Source of the DNA: an uncultured Bacilli bacterium
Lineage (GTDB): Bacteria; Bacillota_I; Bacilli_A; RF39; UBA660
Direction: 5' to 3'
Assembly (NCBI GenBank): GCA_944363795.1
Contig: CALVVG010000001.1
Span: 373 to 64,372, forward strand
DNA length: 64,000 bases
This document shows positions 59,950 to 64,000 of this stretch, piece by piece (position 1 is the stretch's first letter; each line of letters opens with the position of its first letter). The notes beneath the pieces were generated by a model, which saw only the letters and a list, made by a program, of their open reading frames with translations, ran no database searches and had not been told where the DNA came from. The translations under genes were made by a program, and so were the position numbers.

Positions 59950-61911
59950 TTATTCTTCATCTTCTTTTTTTATTACATATTGTTCTTTATTAACACCCGG
60001 TTCAGATCCTTTAACATAATAATATAATGCAGCTTTATTAGAATCATTTGTAATGTTTCCGGTAATTGCATCTAAAGGAATTGCGATTACATTTTTAGGT
60101 GTTTCATACCAAGATGTATCAATATCTTTCAAAGCAAATTCAATTGTATCCGCCCACGCCTTTTTAGAATTAGTTCTAACCTTAGAAGTTATATATTTAT
60201 TATCATCGTAGCCCATCCATGTCATAACTAAAGCATCTTTATTATAACCAACTATCCAAAAATCAGTATTTGTTGATCCCGTTTTAATAGCATATTTATT
60301 AGTAAATTTAGAAGCAATAGTAAGTGCCGTTGGAGTTGTATAATCCACAAAAGCATCATTACTTGTAGTATTCATCATTTCATTAAGAATATATGTATAA
60401 TTTGGGTTTAATACTAAAGTATTTTTATCTTTGTGTTCGTATAATATATTGCCATTTAAATCTTCTATTTTTTTAATAAAATATAAATCTTTTTTGTATC
60501 CTCCAGAAGCAAATGTAGTATATCCTGTAGCAAAATCAATTAAATTAATTTCACTAGTTCCAAGTGGCAGTGATGCTACTTCATTTAATGAAGCAGTTAT
60601 CCCAGTTTTTTTGGCTACATCTATCATTGCATCTACTCCCAAAAATAAATTTGTTTTAACAGCATAAATGTTATCAGATAAAGCTAGAGCAGCTGCCATT
60701 GTTATTTCTTTATTTGCATAAAGATCATCAGCATTAGACGGACTATATGTTTTACCATTAGAAAGATTAAATGTAGTTGGTTCGCTTGAAAATGTTGAAG
60801 ACATAGTCATATTGTTTTCCAAAGCTGCATAATACAGAAAAGGTTTCATAGTAGAGCCGACTTGTCTTTGGCTTTCTGTAGCTCTATTATATTCACTTAT
60901 AGCATAGTTCATTCCTCCAGTCAAAGCTTTAATGGCACCTGTATTTGGATCTACAATAATGCTAGCTACTTGAATTTCATCATCTACCTTATTAGCTAAA
61001 AAATTTTCTTCCATATTTGTCTGCATTTCCATATCAAGGGTGGTATAAATTTTTAAACCTCCAGAATCGATTAATGATTCTGGAATTTCAGGTATATTTG
61101 CAAGCTCATCTAATACGGCATCTTGATAATACATAAGCATTTGTAAATTATTAGTTTTATTTTGTCCATAAATTTTTATTTTTTCTTTAAATAAGTTATT
61201 ATAAGTTGCTTCATCAATATATTTATTATTTAACATAGCTTGAGCAACAACTTTGGCTCTTTTAATACAAGCATCATAATTAGAAACCGGATTATAAGCA
61301 GCAGGATTTTTAGATATGCCAGCGAGCATTATAGCTTCTTCTAAGGTTAGATTATTGGGTTTTTTATTAAAATAATATTCTGATGCATTAACTATTCCCA
61401 TATTTCCTTGGCCATAATTAATTGTATTTAAATATCCTTCTAAAATTTCATCTTTTTCATAATGAACTTCTAGTTCAAGTGTTAAAAATGCTTCTTCTAT
61501 TTTTCTTTCCCATGTTTGATCAAAATCTAAATATAAATTTTTAATATATTGTTGAGAAATTGTAGATGCACCTTGTACTATAGCTTTATTTTTAATATTT
61601 AAATACATAGCTTTAATTATTCTTAAATAATCAAATCCATGATGTTTATAAAAGTTTTTATCTTCAACTGCAATTGTAGCATTAATTAAATACTCACTAA
61701 TATCTTCAATATTTGCCCATTCATTGCTTCTAGAACCTTGGTATATTAATTCATTATTATTATCATATAAATAAAGACTTCCGCTTGTTTTTAAATCAAG
61801 TTTTGGGCTAAGATAAGCATATGTATAAAGACCAATCATAATAACAATAAATGATATAAATCCAAAGAGCATAAATTTAAATAAAAACCTAATCTTTCTC
61901 AATTTATTCAC
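59950..61911 (-). CDS. class A bifunctional penicillin-binding protein (glycosyltransferase plus transpeptidase)
   Basis: GT51 motifs (EDKNFYKHHGFD, QGASTISQQ) and transpeptidase motifs (STMKPF as SxxK, SDN, KTGS). An N-terminal TM anchor is present. Confidence 0.85.
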   Translation of the reverse strand: MNKLRKIRFLFKFMLFGFISFIVIMIGLYTYAYLSPKLDLKTSGSLYLYDNNNELIYQGSRSNEWANIEDISEYLINATIAVEDKNFYKHHGFDYLRIIKAMYLNIKNKAIVQGASTISQQYIKNLYLDFDQTWERKIEEAFLTLELEVHYEKDEILEGYLNTINYGQGNMGIVNASEYYFNKKPNNLTLEEAIMLAGISKNPAAYNPVSNYDACIKRAKVVAQAMLNNKYIDEATYNNLFKEKIKIYGQNKTNNLQMLMYYQDAVLDELANIPEIPESLIDSGGLKIYTTLDMEMQTNMEENFLANKVDDEIQVASIIVDPNTGAIKALTGGMNYAISEYNRATESQRQVGSTMKPFLYYAALENNMTMSSTFSSEPTTFNLSNGKTYSPSNADDLYANKEITMAAALALSDNIYAVKTNLFLGVDAMIDVAKKTGITASLNEVASLPLGTSEINLIDFATGYTTFASGGYKKDLYFIKKIEDLNGNILYEHKDKNTLVLNPNYTYILNEMMNTTSNDAFVDYTTPTALTIASKFTNKYAIKTGSTNTDFWIVGYNKDALVMTWMGYDDNKYITSKVRTNSKKAWADTIEFALKDIDTSWYETPKNVIAIPLDAITGNITNDSNKAALYYYVKGSEPGVNKEQYVIKKEDEE

Positions 61912-61980
61912 CTAGATTTATTATGGAAAGATACGTTGAAATAATACTAATATAATTTATAATTTTTTTTAAAAGTTTTG

Positions 61981-62009
61981 TTGCAGATATCATTGCCCTA
62001 TGCTATAAT
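61981..62009 (+). promoter_or_regulatory. sigmaA-type promoter for DUF1934-argS
   Basis: TTGCAG-17 nt-TATAAT, 28 nt upstream of the GAGGTGA RBS. Confidence 0.5.
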
Positions 62010-62036
62010 GTTGTGGAAAAAAAGCGAGGTGAAACC

Positions 62037-62375
62037 ATGCTTAAAAAAATTACTTGGAAATTAATTAGTAATAATAAAGAAGAATTAAGTGTTGAAGATG
62101 ATTTTTGTCAATATGAAAATTCGATAATAACATATAATAAAGATGATGGAAAAAATTTAATTGATATTGCAAATAAAATATATAAAAGAGAAACTGAAGA
62201 ATATATTATGGAAATAGATTTTAAAAGTAATTTATGTAATTTTATTTTTGAAAATAAAGAAAAGTGTACAGTTGATATAGAAAGTGAATTTAAAATAGTT
62301 GATAATAATATTGAATTATTATATAATTTTGCAGATGAAAAAAAGAAAATAATTATATCATTTAAGGAGGATTAA
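62037..62375 (+). CDS. DUF1934 (YwiB-like) protein
   Basis: A small beta-rich protein immediately upstream of argS, the conserved Firmicute ywiB-argS arrangement. The start was moved to MLKKITWK, which has an RBS. Confidence 0.55.
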   Translation: MLKKITWKLISNNKEELSVEDDFCQYENSIITYNKDDGKNLIDIANKIYKRETEEYIMEIDFKSNLCNFIFENKEKCTVDIESEFKIVDNNIELLYNFADEKKKIIISFKED

Positions 62376-63986
62376 ATGAAGGATATTATAAATCAAATTA
62401 TAATTGATGGCTTAAATAAATTAAATATAAAATATGATGAAGAAATAGAAGTGCTTACACCAAAACAAAAAGAAAACGGAGACTATTCTTCAAACATTGC
62501 GTTAAAATTAGCTCGAAAATTACAAAAAGATCCTATGAATATTGCTAATGAAATAGTAGTAAATATTTCTAATGATAAAATTAATAATATTGAAATAAAA
62601 AAACCAGGATTTATCAATTTCTTTGTAAAAAAAGACTTTTTGCTAGAAAATATAAAAACTGTTTTAAGCGAAAAAGAAAACTATGGTCATTCAAATATTG
62701 GACATAATCAAAAAATAAACATTGAATTTGTAAGTGCTAACCCTACAGGTATTTTACATCTAGGTAATGCTAGGGGTGGAGCTTATGGTGATTCGCTTGC
62801 TAGAATTATGCGATTTTGTGGGTATGATGTAATGGAAGAATATTATATTAACGATGCAGGAAATCAGATAAATAATTTAGGTGAATCAATAAAGGCAAGA
62901 TACTATGAGTTATGTGGTAAAGATTATCCACTTCCTGAAAATGGCTATCATGGTAAAGAAATTATAGCTATTGCTAAAGAAATATATGCAAAAAATAAAG
63001 ATACATATTTAAATAAAGAATTAGATTATTATAAAGAATTAGGTATTAAAACACTAATGGCTAAAATAATTGAAGATTTAAAATCATATCGTATTAACTA
63101 TGACGTGTTTACTTCAGAGGCTGCTATAAGTAAAAAATATAGTTTATTAAATATTATTGATATTTTAAAACAAAATGGATATACTTATGAAGCAGATGGT
63201 GCAATATGGTTTAAATGCAGTGCTATTTTTGATGACAAAGATCATGTTTTAGTTAAAAATGATGGCACACTTACTTATTTAGTACCTGATATTGCTTATC
63301 ATTATGATAAATATAATCGTGGATATAACAAAATGATTGATATACTTGGTACTGATCATCATGGATATGTAGCAAGACTGAAAAGTAGTGTTAAAGCATT
63401 GGGAAATGATGAAAATAAATTAGAAATTAAATTACTTCAATTAGTGCGACTTATAAATAATGGTGAAGTTGTTAAAATGAGTAAAAGAACTGGTAAGTCA
63501 GTAACTTTAAAAGAACTTATAGATGAAGTTGGAGTAAATGCTGCCAGATATTATTTTTCCAGATATAGTTTAGATACCCAAATGGATTTTGATCTTAATT
63601 TGGCTAAGAGTAAATCAAATGAAAATCCAGTTTATTATATTAGTTATGCTTATGCTAGAATTTGTTCTATATTAAAAGAACATGATTATGATGAAATACC
63701 TAATAAATTTACAACTATTAATAACGAAGAAACATATGAATTATTGCAAAAAGTATATGAATTTCCTGAAGTTGTAAAGTCTGCAGCATTAAAAGAATTA
63801 CCTCATTTAATTGCTAATTATGTGTATGAACTTGCTAATATGTTTCATGCATATTATGCTAAAAATAGAATATTAACAGACGATAAAAAGCAGACACAAG
63901 AAAATATTTTAGTAATAAAATGTATAAGGTATACAATATTTAATGCATTAAATTTAATTGGTGTAATACCACCAGAAAAAATGTAG
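62376..63986 (+). CDS. argS: arginyl-tRNA synthetase
   Basis: A 536-aa ORF with the HIGH motif (PTGILHLGNARG), the KMSK-like motif (MSKRTG), and a C-terminus ending ...PPEKM. Confidence 0.9.
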   Translation: MKDIINQIIIDGLNKLNIKYDEEIEVLTPKQKENGDYSSNIALKLARKLQKDPMNIANEIVVNISNDKINNIEIKKPGFINFFVKKDFLLENIKTVLSEKENYGHSNIGHNQKINIEFVSANPTGILHLGNARGGAYGDSLARIMRFCGYDVMEEYYINDAGNQINNLGESIKARYYELCGKDYPLPENGYHGKEIIAIAKEIYAKNKDTYLNKELDYYKELGIKTLMAKIIEDLKSYRINYDVFTSEAAISKKYSLLNIIDILKQNGYTYEADGAIWFKCSAIFDDKDHVLVKNDGTLTYLVPDIAYHYDKYNRGYNKMIDILGTDHHGYVARLKSSVKALGNDENKLEIKLLQLVRLINNGEVVKMSKRTGKSVTLKELIDEVGVNAARYYFSRYSLDTQMDFDLNLAKSKSNENPVYYISYAYARICSILKEHDYDEIPNKFTTINNEETYELLQKVYEFPEVVKSAALKELPHLIANYVYELANMFHAYYAKNRILTDDKKQTQENILVIKCIRYTIFNALNLIGVIPPEKM

Positions 63987-64000
63987 GGAGGAAAATATAT

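Overview
The window is an origin-proximal stretch of a very AT-rich (roughly 27-28% GC), standard-genetic-code, low-GC Bacillota chromosome. The gene set matches an endospore-former: spo0A, spoVT, spoVG, yabG, yabP, yabQ and bofA are all present. Many blocks that are spread over about 100 kb around the Bacillus subtilis origin lie here within 64 kb, in shuffled order. From the left end, the minus strand carries the S10-spc-alpha ribosomal protein operons (rplQ, rpoA ... rpsJ; L30 is absent; L3 has an acidic tail and L24 a lysine-rich tail). A split glycolytic cluster follows (gpmI, spo0A, tpiA, pgk, an unknown N/T-rich membrane protein, gap), then a TGS-uridine kinase, clpP and divIC-yabQ-yabP. 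Next come a CoA transferase, spoVG, veg, yabG, rsmA, tatD, a Met T-box leader controlling dut-metG, spoVT, mfd, pth, ricT, holB, bofA, recR, ybaB, dnaX, tadA and a small SRP RNA. A 765-bp gene-free region downstream of gyrA holds five identical perfect parS palindromes (TGTTTCACGTGAAACA), a (TTA)13(TTG)4 trinucleotide microsatellite and an exact Noc-binding palindrome (ATTTCCCGGGAAAT). A second NBS lies inside mnmE. The replication origin is present: gyrA, gyrB, recF, a ComK-like gene, dnaN and dnaA on the minus strand face rpmH-rnpA-yidC-jag-mnmE-mnmG-rsmG on the plus strand, with a DnaA-box cluster between dnaA and rpmH. The only ParB-family gene, after rsmG, has Noc-type recognition-helix residues and no ParA partner. 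In this sequence rpmH is frameshifted in a T6 run. The right end carries a class A PBP and DUF1934-argS. No mobile elements, CRISPR arrays, rRNA or tRNA genes were found. The most notable system is the dedicated centromere-like parS array combined with NBS sites and an orphan Noc.
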